From: Octopus vulgaris | Lineage: Eukaryota | Assembly: GCA_951406725.2 (NCBI GenBank) | Contig: OX597825.1 | Coordinates: 15,024,001-15,148,000, forward strand | DNA length: 124,000 bases | Direction: 5' to 3' | Part shown: piece after piece, positions 28,098 through 42,499 of the stretch | Numbering within the stretch: the stretch's first letter is position 1 | How the letters are laid out: every line of letters starts with the position of its first letter | Program-made: the position numbers and the translations under genes | Notes under the pieces: model-generated | What the model saw: only the letters and a program-made list of their open reading frames with translations | Database searches by the model: none | What the model was told of the DNA's origin: nothing

Positions 28098-28887
28098 CTG
28101 AAACTAGGTAAAATAAAAAATGAAATAAAATATCATTACATTCAATCATTTCTTGGTTACTTTATTTGTGATTTCGACGAACCGTTGTATCATTGCGCGA
28201 CGTTTTTCGTAATTACAGTCACTTTTATACCATGGAAATCGGATTAGCTTTTAATTAAATGATTACTAGGCTTATAAATTCCCTCATTACGTTAGTTTAT
28301 AGCGCTCGTATTAAATATTACTAATTTCACCAAGCAGACAGCTCCATACTTTCTCTAGAAACGTCATGAACCAAACTCCTCGAATAGCATTTGTGGCAGC
28401 AAGGACACCATTAATTCTTTCATTAATATCGCATGATACACAAAAACATAAGGTAGCATAAAGGATATTGAGATTGTGTTAGTCTAATTTCACTTGTAGC
28501 GTTAACTTCACAGTACCCGTCGGAGGTCATCGGAGAAATACAGTGAGTCAATAAAACGAGATAAGACGAGATTCATGAATGACCCGTTGTACTAGGAATC
28601 ATTATAACAATTGGCAATAGTAGTTACGCTGATTATCTAAAATGACGCTAGATACAGTAGTGTTACATGTTGCAGTTGATAAACGCACATCCAAGCGAAG
28701 TGCTATAATTCCAGCCTCTTCCATACCTCATCAGTATTATATGTGACCGTGTTCTCCAACCATACTATAAGGATTTCACCTTTTAACAGAAGATGATTAT
28801 TATTGTTTCTCATAAAGATGCACGTGCGTGTATGTATGGATGTAAATTATTGTGTCATATATATGCCTGTATGTATACATATATATG

Positions 28888-28920
<33 letters not shown>

Positions 28921-28929
28921 CTGCATATT

Positions 28930-28966
<37 letters not shown>

Positions 28967-28971
28967 ATGTA

Positions 28972-29002
<31 letters not shown>

Positions 29003-29007
29003 ATGTA

Positions 29008-29039
<32 letters not shown>

Positions 29040-29462
29040 ATGTCTATGTGCATACGTGCGTGATTCTCGAACTAGAGAATTGATTAGGTTCAGGATAAAT
29101 TTCTGCTGCCTCTCAGTTGTATTAAGGTAATCCGCACTGAAAAATATAGCATCTGTTAAGTGAGGAATCAGCATATCTTTCTCCGTTAAAATTATCCAAG
29201 ATCTTAATCGTGTAACTGACATAATTATGTTCGAAGTAAGGTATGAAAAAGAAGTATTTCACAACATAAGCAAAACATGATATTTGGGTCGATTAAAGAA
29301 GTATATACGTATCAATATCTCAAAATGTGTGTATATATAATCTTGCCTTTCTTTATCTCCGCATGGGCTTCAAAAGTTCACTTATTACTGAGCTCTTATC
29401 TATCTATCATTCTATCTCTCTATTTATCTATTTATCTCTCTATTTATCTATCTAACTATCTC

Positions 29463-29497
<35 letters not shown>

Positions 29498-29546
29498 ATA
29501 CATACGTATATATATACATATATATATATATATACATATATATATA

Positions 29547-29618
<72 letters not shown>

Positions 29619-30380
29619 TATTTATATGTGTGTGTGTGTATACATATATATATATGTATATATATGTGTGTGTTTGTATCTATGGATGCGTATGTGTATG
29701 AATGAATGTATTATGTACGTATGTATGCATGTATGTATACGTGTGTGTGCACGAGAGTCTGCGTGTGTGAGCGCACGTGTCATTGCGTGTATTGTTCACT
29801 GGCAAGTGCTTAACGTAAGAGTCTCTTTCCTAGCGTTTCTCTAAACCATTCCCTATTTATTATTCTTTTATGCATAGCGTGCAATGTTGTACGTTTGCAA
29901 TTGATAGATTTTGTAATATTAGTTATGTATCAGCGACTAAACAAAGTTTGCATGTCATATATTTACAGATAGCAGGTTTTCGCACACTAATCTTAAGTAC
30001 AAATAAAGCATACAAACGAACAATTCTTTTAGAATTTTAAATTAAGTTCTTTCGTCGTTTTTTTCATCTTTTTTTCTGTCATTTTTTCTCTCATTCTGTT
30101 TCCAGTAATATCATATTTAAGTGTACTGCATATGTGTCGTACAATTCACATGCAGATGAAATAAATGTAGGGCAATATTCTACAACCATGCGTACGTGCA
30201 TGATTAATTATTCGGCCTTTTTTATTTATTTCAGATGCGAAGCACCAAATTTCGTTGATATTTTATTTTTCCTGCATTAAAAAAAAATGCATAAAAAAAG
30301 CGAATATGGAAGAGGAAGAGAACGTCACAGATCAATTTACAGATACGAAGAGAACAAGAGTGCGTGTATAATTATATATG

Positions 30381-30445
<65 letters not shown>

Positions 30446-30546
30446 ATGTATATATATATATGAATGTATATATATGTATGTATATTTATATATATATATA
30501 TATATATATATGCATGTATGTATATATATATATATATATATGCATG

Positions 30547-30591
<45 letters not shown>

Positions 30592-30998
30592 ATATATATA
30601 TATATATGTATGTATATATATATATGTGTGTATGTATGTATGTACGTATGTATGTATATGTATATATATATATATGTATATGTGTGTATGTATGTATGTA
30701 TGTATGTATGTATAAAATATATTTTCACATATGTGTGTGTATGTGTGCTTGTGTCTGTGTGTGCGTAGTCTTGCATTTGTGTGTAAGTTTGACTCGGTAC
30801 GTGTGAGCATGAAACACATAATTGCTATTTTCTGAAAAAGACATGTATCACGCATTTGTTCATGAAAAAAAGAGGCCCATAAATAAATGTTGGGGTTACA
30901 AATTATTGGTTTGAATGCTTTTAACTGAGATCAAACATATTACACTCCCCCCATCTTCACACAAGTCTATGTACGCATGTAATGCATACATACATGCA

Positions 30999-31059
<61 letters not shown>

Positions 31060-31194
31060 GTCTTCCTTTAATTCTATATTTAATAGTGCAGTGTTTTGAG
31101 GGAGAAAAGAGACCATATATTACCGTACATATATATACAGAGAGAGAGGGAGAGAGAGAGAGAGAGAAAGGAGAGATCTAGGTAGATTGTTAGA

Positions 31195-31575
<381 letters not shown>

Positions 31576-33725
31576 CTGGAAACTGTTCCTATAGGAGAAA
31601 AAAATATTTCTAGTAAACTATAGAACAAGATCAAATTATATGATTTACTACAAAAATTCTAATAAATAAATAAAATGACACGAAATGAAAGGTTTTAAAA
31701 TGCAGAGAAATCGAGGAAAATATGTTTCCATTCGCTGAAAATGAGTGGAGTTTAAATTGATTGTTTTCTTTCTTCTTTTTCAGGAATGAATTAACTCATT
31801 CAGGAGTGAAATAGTTTGAATGTTATAAAGTGATACCATATCATAAAATGGCGTGAATGACAGTTTTGGTGACTACAATTTTAACCTATAAAATTATTTT
31901 TTAAAAGAATATCACAAGCCTAATATAGGTTGCGCTGCACATATAAATGTACTTCGGTGCGTACATTCAGTTGTGTAGGTATAATTTGACCGACATGCCA
32001 TTTTCTCAGTATATATATATATATTGTTGCAATTCTTTCAAAATGTGTCGTTTTGGACACCACATTTGTTATTGATTATTATATCATCAGAAGAAGTATA
32101 CATCAATTTATTAGGTTATAATGTATCACTCAAATATCCGTGCTATGTAATATAGTCTGAATTCCATCTTCGGATTATATTACGAGCTGAAACTTTGTTC
32201 CAGTTGGTTACAGATCTCTGGTTCGCGCGACGACTCCTAGTGCAACCGTAAAAGGGAACAAACTTTTGTCATCAACCCCAAAGTTATGTCATCTGCTCTT
32301 CATGCGCAAAATTTGCATAAGTATTCTCTTCTTGTAGACGTGATATATGTCTCGCTTTATAAGCTATTGATGAAACCATGTTGATGGGAAACAGACTTCT
32401 TAGCACACAGATTGTATACGTACATACATGCATAGGTACCTGCCTAGGAATCTACATACCTACATACATAAATACTAACATACATACATACATACACAGA
32501 TACATACATGCATACATACATACATACATACATACATGCATAAAAGCATACATATATAAAATCTCGGTTTGTTGTCTTTAAATCGGAATAATACACCCTC
32601 AATAAGATCAATGGAGTGGTTATTTTTTTTTATACACCATCAAGCAGTATATTGCTTTCTATGGTATGTAACAGATCAAAATTTCGTTCACGATTTTGCG
32701 GCAACTGTTGCATTTGACAATATTGACAGCTCTTCATGCTTGTTAGCCCTAGAGGAATAGCCTCTTTTAAGCTGGATGCATATACCAGCTCTGGATATCC
32801 CGGTGTTGAACTGGAAAAATAAAATGCTAATGAAACATTTTAGCATTTTGAGGAGGAAACTATTGACTTTATATAACATAAGGAAACTTATGACATTCTG
32901 ATAGGCATGGTTGTATCATCCCGTTTATTTGTGTATCCTAGTCCAAAAATGGGTGTGACTACGTTCCCAAAACGTATTTCCACGCATGTGGGCAGGGTCT
33001 AAATATTTCGATTTTCGATTTCACGAAAACACTCGGTTTGTGTTAACTTTTAAGAATGATTCTCCTTCTCGAAACACAAAGTTTGCGATGCTTACTCCCA
33101 TACAGATGCAGCGAAAGTAGTCCTTGCATTGCCAATTTCCTTTTTCTACTGATTTGCCAATATTTAGCGTATCCTGGATTTTAAATGATGGGCCCTTCAT
33201 TTCTCCTACATGTTTCGTTGGTATATCGCACCACTATTGTTGGGCGAGACCAGCTCTGTTTCTTACGCTCCGCCTACATGTTACATTTTCTACACCCTGA
33301 TCACCTGTAATAGATCCTTCGTGATCAATCTAGCTTTGACCCGGGTCTTGTTTTTTTTTCAGCTCTTCGTTTATACTTGTATTATAATCTGTTTGCGGAT
33401 ATGGATTCAGACGACCACGGTTGATGCCACGCCGACTAACAAGCAAAAATGAATAAGGGTGATTTATCAGACATTACCTCATGTCGTTCCAAACAAAAGG
33501 TTGCGTAGATGGTGCAGCGGGCTATGGAATATCCCCCTATTTAACTATAATTCGACGAGCAAGCAGTTCATTTGAACGGTCAATTGCAATTTAACGTCGC
33601 AGAATTAATTATTATCTATTAGAACCAATATGTTACTTACATCATTGTTATTGAATTGGGGTTAATTTAAATATCTAATAGAGTTATCTTGGGAGTAAGA
33701 ATTGTTGTTTCCGATACAATATATT

Positions 33726-33937
33726 GGTTCCAAAATTTGGCACAAGGCTATACGTGTCAGGGGAGGAGCTAAGTCGATTAGATCGACAGCAGTGTTCTAC
33801 TGGTACTTATTTTATCGACTCCGAAAGGATGTAATGCAAAGTCAACCTCAGTGGAATTTGAACTCAGAACGTAGCGAGGGACAATATGCCGCTAAATATT
33901 TTAACCGGCGTTCTAACGATTCTGCAAGCTCGCCTCC
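33726..33937 (-). mobile_element. SINE family B variant
   Basis: Reverse complement of the head plus the atcctttcggagtcgataaaataagtaccagt core. Confidence 0.85.
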
Positions 33938-34984
33938 TCAACAGATCAAAATATATTAGTCACAGGTTTGTTCCGAATTACCTATGATATTGCAAAAGCG
34001 TAGTGTGTGTTAGGTATGATGGTAGAACTGTGACGTAGCGTTTGGTTTGGTATCACGTGAAATAGCGTGAATGTATGTGTAAAATTCTGTAAAATAACAT
34101 ATAGGTAGAACTCCTGATGATTTATAGCCAAATGTCTAATCAAGAGAGGTATTCCATTAGTTTTTCAAAGTAACGCCAAACATTATCCATGTTGCATATG
34201 AATCTGTGGTGTGTTTGCTTTGTGGCTAGAGATTCAAAATAACATATTATTTACAGATTTCCTCTGTTCATGATGAAGACCTATGAGTAAAATGTAAAAA
34301 CTCAATTAAATATGACGACAGACTAAATAATGTATATTATTTATTGTACATTTTGTTATTGTTTGTTAATTCCTAGATGTAAGACATTGAAAGTTACGTC
34401 ATATCATAAGTTCGGGAAAGTTAAGAAACCATTCAAATCTCAGAGACAACATTACAAAACTAATAATCTAATTAAATTAGGTGTTACATATTGAAAAATA
34501 AACAGTAAAATAAACGGAGAGAAAAGAAAACAGAAGAAACTTTGAGAAATCAATTTCTAAAGTTTGCGATTTTATAATGTTTGGTTGCTTAAAACATGTT
34601 ATCTAACATGTCGAAGATACACGGAGGTGGAAAACGACAAACCCCGGTGGTATATTCACATACGTGTGCGTTTATGCAGTCTATATATAGCCGTACATTC
34701 TTCTCAGCATAATGATGCGTGTGTATTTGTATGACGTCGTTTAAATGTTAGGTTATATATATTGTGAAATTTATTCCCACGCTGGAAGAAATATAAGAAA
34801 ATTTTTAACTGCTCCAGAGTCTCAAAATGTGTAGCAGTTTTTAAATTTTGTAATAGCTTTATTGAAATGTCAAATGGGTTTCAACAATGTTTTGTTGACC
34901 TATGGTAAAAAATACTGTAAATGTCAGATTTAGGAGAGTTTAAATTTACAACTCCCGTTTCTGTAATCTAAAACATATACTGGC

Positions 34985-35260
34985 TGCGAATATGGAAAAT
35001 CATGAATGATCTCAAGGATGATCATAAAATAGTTATAAAAAGAAGCTGATAAAGGGAGAACTGTAGTCATCATGGACCGAAAATAATACATAAACATTAC
35101 CATAACTCTCCTTCAAGACAACACCTATAATGCAAACAAATCAACAATTGCATTCCATCTAAAACAATGGCAAATCTTACCACCTTTATCCATCAGTCTA
35201 CACAAAATTTGACTGCAAACCCAGCAGCGTTTATGGACTTCCAAAAATCCGGAAAAGGGA
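34985..35260 (+). mobile_element. Penelope-like RT N-terminal fragment
   Basis: Frameshifted LKDDHKIVIK.ADKG.TVVIMDR...LLQDNTY...YGLPKI. Confidence 0.8.
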
Positions 35261-35839
35261 AGCCTCAAATGAAACGGGAGCAGATCAACCTCATTAGTCA
35301 TTAATAATGAACACCCGTGAGGTCTCAAAGTGAAGCCAATTGTTACTTATGGTTTTATTTGACCAATCACATTTTAATTGTTAAATTAATTAAATTATGA
35401 TCGTTACATATTAAATTTTCAATATTAACTGAACAATCTGTAAAACCATGTAATTCAAAAAAAAAGTTGTCTCTTCATCGCTTGTTCGAAACGCAACAGT
35501 ATATAAGCTGATACATTGTAGAGAGGCTTGAATAGAACTCGTACGAAAAATATAAAGATTGTTGCAAAAAACAAAGGGTGTATTGAACTCGATGCGTTAG
35601 TAATGGAAAGTTTTAAATGAGTTTGATAATTAAGGGCACTGAGAATGACAACTTAATTTTGTATTCAGATATTTAGACGAAGCAGAATTGAAATGTGTTT
35701 CCGTCGTCTTACAAATTGTTTTCATTTGACGTGCTTTAAAAATCTTACGAAGATTTGTTTATAGTTCAATAATCCAGGTTATTTCGTGTTATGGAGATAA
35801 TAGTAATAATTGAACACCCATCCCATCTGAGTGGCATGT

Positions 35840-36616
35840 GCTAGTCGTTGCAAATACTGTGAGTCTCAGTCGAGTAGTCGGTATATAGTCGTGTCTTATT
35901 TGTCTAATTAACTATATTGCTATACTGGATTGGACGTTATAGCAGTCCGACAGAGGATTATAACAGCGGTGACGAGGTATTAACAAACTCACGAGGGTTA
36001 TACAAACTCACAAGGAGTTACGAATGTCACAAATGTTCCTGTGCAAATTTTACGGTATGCAAAATAGTAAAATTATGGACGAATTGTTGGCCAGTTTGCT
36101 CGAGTTGGAAAAACTGCAACGACAACTGAAAGAACAACAACAACTACAATTATTACAGCAACAACCGATACAGTCAATGAATAGCAGGTCATCAAAAAAT
36201 GTTTAAAAGATGTTCCCGTCAGATTTTGTCACAAATTCAATAACGGAATTTAAGTATGGACCAAATGAAGTTACCTTCAACGCGTATTATAGAGGATACG
36301 AATATATCTTTAATAAAGAGTGCCAAAGATTGGGACAGTGATATGAAAGTCCGTCTAATTCTAAGGAAATTCTACGGAAACTGGTAGCAGGAGAACGTGA
36401 GCGTTACAGAAATTACGTACTCCTGAAGAAACTTTTCCTGATATAAACTATAAAAAATGCAATTGATTTATTGTGTAAAATGTTTTCTAGTGAGGAAAGA
36501 TCGTTGTTCAAAACATGTTGGAAATGTTTAAACTCAGAAAAGTACAAGGATGACTACATCACATGTGCTGGCAGAGTGAACAGTGAGAGTGAAAAGAAGT
36601 TCAAACTGGACGAGGT

Positions 36617-36620
<4 letters not shown>
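35840..36620 (+). mobile_element. Gypsy LTR retrotransposon fragment (LTR end, PBS, decayed gag)
   Basis: ..ataaca|gcggtgacgagg is PBS-like; MDELLASLL..QQQ, SITEFKY.P..VTFNAYY, MKVRLILRKL and CKMFSEERSLFKT.WKCLN are typical Gypsy gag. Confidence 0.8.
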
Positions 36621-36629
<9 letters not shown>

Positions 36630-36661
<32 letters not shown>

Positions 36662-36888
36662 GAGTTTACGAAAAAGATCAAATGACGAAGACAGGTGGAG
36701 TACAAAACAAACAGATGTATTAGTATAACGCTCAGGAATAGATAAAATTATTTTGCGTTTCCATCCTACGCTCTCCTACAGAGAGGGACTCATAAAACAA
36801 GGATAGAAACAAGGAGAGAGAAAAAAGGAAAGACAAAAAGTGTGTGTAGTGGCTAACGATCTATCATTGTTGTATTTACGGATGGATT

Positions 36889-36900
<12 letters not shown>
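36630..36900 (-). mobile_element. Penelope-like terminal repeat family P2 (copies also at 56195-56402 and 60560-60768)
   Basis: Shared gatcgttagccactacacac...gagcgtagg.t.gaaacg...ttcctgagcgttatac; all three copies abut (TA)n. Confidence 0.7.
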
Positions 36901-36966
<66 letters not shown>

Positions 36967-37136
36967 ACGCATATATGGGTACAGGACATCAACAACTGTG
37001 CAAATATGACATACGTAAACAACGAGAGAGAAAAAACAGAAAAAGAGACATAGAGGAGAGAGAGTGACATATAGAAAATGTTGAAAGAAGGAGGGAGAGA
37101 AAAGGGAATTAGGGAAGTATAGAGGAAGAAAACAGT

Positions 37137-37176
37137 ATAGAGTAGAGTCGCATAAAAAGGTGAAGTAAAACTTATT

Positions 37177-37222
<46 letters not shown>

Positions 37223-37227
37223 TGATG

Positions 37228-37269
<42 letters not shown>

Positions 37270-37306
37270 GAGTAGAGTCGCATAAAAAGGTGAAGTAAAA
37301 CTTATT

Positions 37307-37352
<46 letters not shown>

Positions 37353-37357
37353 TGATG

Positions 37358-37420
<63 letters not shown>
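37137..37420. repeat. ~130-bp tandem duplication containing (AAT)n
   Basis: atagagtagagtcgcataaaaaggtgaagtaaaacttatt occurs at ~37137 and ~37267. Confidence 0.9.
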
Positions 37421-37423
<3 letters not shown>

Positions 37424-37589
37424 TATACATATGTATATATATATATATATATATATACAGAAGACACTTCTTCGGCCAAAGATGAAGCGGTACGACGCCC
37501 GTCGTCCATCATGGAATGTTAGATATGGCGATAGGCATGCGCAGTTAAAATAGGACAAACTGGACTATGTTTATTGCTTAACCGTCCAG

Positions 37590-37760
37590 TAGCCTTGTAC
37601 TTTTGAATTAGTTTTCTACTCTAAGCACAAGGTCCGAAATTGTGAGCGAGGAAGCCGGTAGATTAGATCGATCCCATTACGCAAGTGGTACTTAATTCAT
37701 CGACCCGGAAAGGAGGAAAGGCATAGTCGACTTCGGTGGAATTTGAACTCATAACGCTAA
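37590..37760 (-). mobile_element. partial SINE family B
   Basis: tcgacccggaaagga..aaaggcatagtcgacttcggtggaatttgaactc. Confidence 0.75.
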
Positions 37761-38247
37761 TATGCATTCTTTTACTACGTAACTTGTATCCTAAACCATT
37801 CTTGTGAAAATTAAAAATAAATTTCTCTAAATCTTCAGGCAATTCTTTTGGTGCCATTGTATTCACGATGAAGAAGATTTTCACCACGGTACACAAATCC
37901 GAATTCCTGCAGATGCATTAACAATGTCCGGTGCAAAAACGCCAGTAGCAATAATGTATTAGAATTGAAATTATCAGCAATATCTAAATTTAGTAAAAAC
38001 TTTGGATAAAATATTGAATATAGCGAATTTCCTTTAGGCTGTATATATTTTTATAACGTTTGAAAATTAATATTTCGTTCATATCTTTGAAAATGTTCAA
38101 TTGTTTTTTTAAATTCCAAATGTGTATGATGTTTGCGTATATGATATATTTTATTCTGTACAAATTTCGTTTGATTTCCTATGTTATATCATTAATGGCA
38201 ATTTTACTGAAATTGTTTAGGGGTGTACATACTTCTGTGAGATACTA
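37760..38247 (-). mobile_element. Tc1-like element left end (TIR plus transposase N-terminus)
   Basis: TIR tagtatctcacagaagtatgtacacccct; MAPKELPEDLEKFIFNFHKNGLGYK resembles the Tc1 HTH start. Confidence 0.8.
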
Positions 38248-38759
38248 TATATAACATAAAACTGAGGCAGGCTGACAGATGGATACATTTATTTAAGCGT
38301 TTTTATCTTTAGAATTACTGCCGTTTCGTAGCTTTCATACTTTAATAACAATTAGTGCATAATAAATTGTTTTACATGTCTGCACCAATATGCCTGTTAG
38401 GTATTGCAGATAAAGATGGCTTGGTCTTTAGGTTACCAGCGCATCATGTTTACATGGATGCTTGAAACCTGAGTTGTACAAGGAGTAGCCTGAATATAGT
38501 TGCAGACTTGCAAAATAATTTATTATACACTGAAAATATTATTACATGGTGTGAAAGCTGTGAAACACCTGTAAGCCAATGAATAGCAAGTGGTTAAATG
38601 AATATATACGCCTCTCATACCTCGTGAGTTTTATGGTTTCTATACTCCTCATTTCATTGAATGGATCTTCTGGATTTCGACTGCAAAAGATTCTACATTA
38701 CACTCCTCCGTATTCGACTACTATGTGATATAGTAGCCGGATCCCCCAGGGAAGCTTTC

Positions 38760-39520
38760 TGTGTCACCAAATGATCATTCCGTGAATTTTCCTTCCTTGA
38801 AGAAAATAGTACCTATTAAACGAATGAATTTGCCTCATTTTTGCAATAGGATTTTGCAATTGTATGCTAAAAGATTTTGATGGTGAATGGGGAACGTTTT
38901 CAGAACATTTATTTTCTCTTACTTTCTTCTCTCTTTTTGTCGCTTTGTACCGCTCGCTCTTGAAAGTAGAGCTATGTTCCAGAAAATGAACGAGGATAAC
39001 AACACTACACTCCCCATCGTATAGCAATCTCCGTGATTCCATGCGATGATCATTGGCTCTTGAACATCTTAGCTCCAGGAGAAGAAGTCTGACGCCATTT
39101 CACAGATTCAGCTCTCTTAACTCGATGATGAGGTTACAGTTCCTTTCCATCATCGTAAATAGAATCATCTCCATTGACTGCGAATCAAATCAGACTTCCT
39201 GTTTTCTCGCATTTAATCGAGTGCCAACTGCCCAGTTACTCATTTTGCACAAAGTTTTCGATACCCACAATTTCACCAATCTTCTATGATGTATAGTAAG
39301 CATAGTGCAGTTGTACATCAATTCCTTGATTGCGAATCATCTTTTCGTGTCGTCTAACCGTCTAACCGTCTATTCGCTGCTAATTTGTGTCACTGGTCGC
39401 AGTCCATCTCCTTCCACTACGTTGTTTCATCCCATGTTCGTCTCTTTTCATTTCAATTGTATCTCTCTGAGTCCATTGCTATTATTAACAGTATGATCAC
39501 CCTAAGCCATCTTGTAGACA
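38760..39520 (-). mobile_element. strongly decayed mariner transposase
   Basis: Degenerate IVW..G.V..HFLEH and E.VPHSP (LPHPPYS) motifs in mariner order. Confidence 0.45.
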
Positions 39521-39732
39521 TCTCTGGATATTGAACCGTTTGCACTATTTCTTCGTTAAGAACTCAACAGCAAACTGTCTGCTATGAAATTCGCTATTTG
39601 CTTCCAGAGAAAGAAAGGAAAAATAAATAAAAAGGAAAACTATTCTATCATCAACGTGTTTGTATTAACTGATCTTTGTCAGTTAATAAAATGTATACAC
39701 ACACTAGCGCATTTATTTCGGTAAAACCTTCG

Positions 39733-40174
39733 GGATGTTTTCGGTTTGAACGGCAGTTTTTTCTAGCGGTGTCATATGAAATTGCCACCCACAATTATGA
39801 CCCTAGTATCGATCTATTGCATTTCAATCTGTTTTAGGGTGTAGGGTTAGTTAGGGTTAGGATTAAGGTTAGGGTGGGAAGAAAGGTATCTTTTTTTCTT
39901 CACAAATGTAAATAAACCCAATCTGTTTCTTAAACGAGGGACATATTCATACGGCACAGAATGTTTTTTACCTAAATAGACGTCAGTGATTGTTTGAAAT
40001 TGCAGAAATTGAAGAAGAAAAAACAACAAATATTTTACAAGCTATAGAAGTTTCTCAATAAAGCCAAGAGAAAAAGATGCTTTATAAACACATTCTACCA
40101 GTATACGAAGTTTAATTTTTTTTTTAGTTACCTAGAAATTATGTTAAAAACTGCCGTTCCAACCGAAAAGATCC
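39733..40174. mobile_element. MITE with GG-initiated ~30-bp TIRs and an 8-bp TSD (Merlin-like), carrying internal TTAGGG-like repeats
   Basis: TIR ggat.ttttcggtt.gaacggcagttttt at both ends; TSD aaccttcg / agccttcg. Confidence 0.75.
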
Positions 40175-41129
40175 AGCCTTCGTAAATCATAACGCACTTA
40201 GCCGTACATATATACTTACTATTCTATATCTACGCAAACATGTTCACACTTACACATATTTGCTTTATTGTATCTTTCTCCCACTATATATCTATTCCTC
40301 TATTTATACGCGTGTTAAACGAGACGTATGTGAGAAACAAACCGAAACGCGTATTTAATGTATGCACACGTGAAAAGGCGGAGTTTAGAAAAAGAAATGT
40401 ATTTTTCATTGTACTAAATAGCTTGCCCTCTATTCCGCTAAGTACATCTGCCCGTATAAAGTACATTTACTTTTAGATAATTACCTAATTTTCACAGGAA
40501 GATATCCATCTATATGTTTTAGAGAGTAAATGTGCCTGCTGCGATAAATTCGTCGGTATATCTTTAGTCTTTATTCTCATTGTTAAATCATCCTTATCCA
40601 TTTGGAATATTTCACACATAATGGAATTTTAAATATAATCGTAACTCTAAAACGCGTTACTGCTTCAATTTCTTTTCATAACACATTAACTAACTCCGCT
40701 TTAGCTTTTATTTCCTATCTGCTTCCCTTCGACACCTACCAGTTCGAAAGATAATGATTAATCTTTGTAGATCATTACAGGAGAAAATTCAGTTGGAGAT
40801 ATTCAAATGCCTTCCAACAGATAGTTACTATATTCATCCAATTAGCCAGCATTTCAGCGTATTTATCACATCTTAGCATGTCAGCTAGACACGGATACGA
40901 AGCTGATCTAAAATATGTTTTGTACGCAATTTCAATGTTAGTAAAGGTGAAATTGCTGTAAAGTACTCGATACTTCAGCGAAACTGAAATCATAATTTTG
41001 TTAGTTTTGCCGCATCTTTTTTTTATTTTTCAAGTGATAAGTATCTTAACTCTTAAAGTATTCTTCGCCTTTTAAGAAAATTTGAAACGTTGACACTACT
41101 TAACATATCGATATTTCGGAAGGTAAAAG

Positions 41130-41680
41130 AGGCGGCAGATTGACAGAATTGTTAATTATTCCAGGCGAAACGCTGAGCGTCATTTCGTCCGTCTTTGCAT
41201 TCTGAGTTCGAATTCGGCCCCAGTCGAATTTGCCATTCATCGTTTCGAGTTCCATCAAATAAGTAACTTTTGAATACTGTGGACAATGTAATCGGTAATT
41301 TCTCTCCCTTGAAATTGCTGGCCAAGTGCCAGATGTTCAAATCGATATTTAGAAAGTTGAAAAAAGGGCCGCGACCTGACAGAATTAGCAGCATTCATTG
41401 TTTCGTGATCGTTGAAATAAGGACTAGTTTCGTACAGGACTCGCTGGAATCGACTTACCCGCATTTCAGAAACTGCAGGCCATGTACCAAAATTTGAAAG
41501 GTAATCAGAGAATGGCATTAGAATACTTTCCACTATAGACAAAATGCCTGAAATCTTGGGAAAATAGTCCAGTTCATTTCGTTCCCCCCACTGCATGTAC
41601 TTGTTTTTTCGGCATCGAAAGCAGGGGCGAACTAGGTGGTATTTCACCCCCGAGTGTATGGCAGTATCAATAGAATGCCA
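41130..41680. mobile_element. cluster of diverged SINE B copies in both orientations
   Basis: ggcggcagattgacagaattgtta...gagttcgaattc at 41130; further relics at 41390-41500 (+) and 41510-41680 (-). Confidence 0.65.
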
Positions 41681-42499
41681 GAGAGTATTCATTCGAGTCT
41701 ATGTTTATTTTTCGTTTAGATTTCAAGTTTTCATCCAAAGACCAAGTAAAGATAGATTATATATTCAACCCCTCCTCGGGCTATATAAAAATTACTATGA
41801 AAAACTCGCAGGCAATCACAAAATACGCATTGTTTATATCACAATACAGATCAGACTAGATTGTGCAGGCTAAGCTATATTTAAAGCACACACTCAACAT
41901 TTCCTTTATTCATTTTCCTCTATTTGTGTACAACACACATCATGTAATGCATCATTTTAGGAGATAACGATGTATAGTTTATGGGGTATTCAGCAAATAT
42001 CCAATTGCTCAGCAATCAGTTCGTTCTCTTTGAAGTGTGAGAGGAATTTTTTCCTAGATTGATATTGTTTTAGTTTCTCTCAGGTTCAACTGAAAAATTT
42101 CAATGTCAGATGATAGGTCAGTCATTTTCTTCTGCGCACACTTCTCAAAGATGTTGGCCTTCTTTTCAATGTTATAAATTGATAAGGTAACTTTAATATC
42201 AAGAAGAATAATGCCAGATTTCTAAGTGGAGACCCACAAGTCAATTTGCAATATATTCGAATGGCATTCTAAGTTTTAATACATGTGGAAAAGGAATCAG
42301 TTATTGTGTTTTTCTCAATCCGTAAAGCAACCAGTAAAGCAACCATGCAAATAAACAAAGGATTCAAAAATTAGTGGTAATAATGGTAATGATGAGGGAT
42401 TTGTTGACCCTAGTCTCCTAATTATTGTGTTGGTTTACTTTAACATCACATTTGACTTAGCATTGAAAAACATTTTAACGTGATCATCCCCCCTGTACC

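Noticed and set aside
39837-39875. Telomere or chromosome-fusion scar
   Set aside because: Only ~6 degenerate units, and they lie inside a TIR/TSD-bounded MITE.
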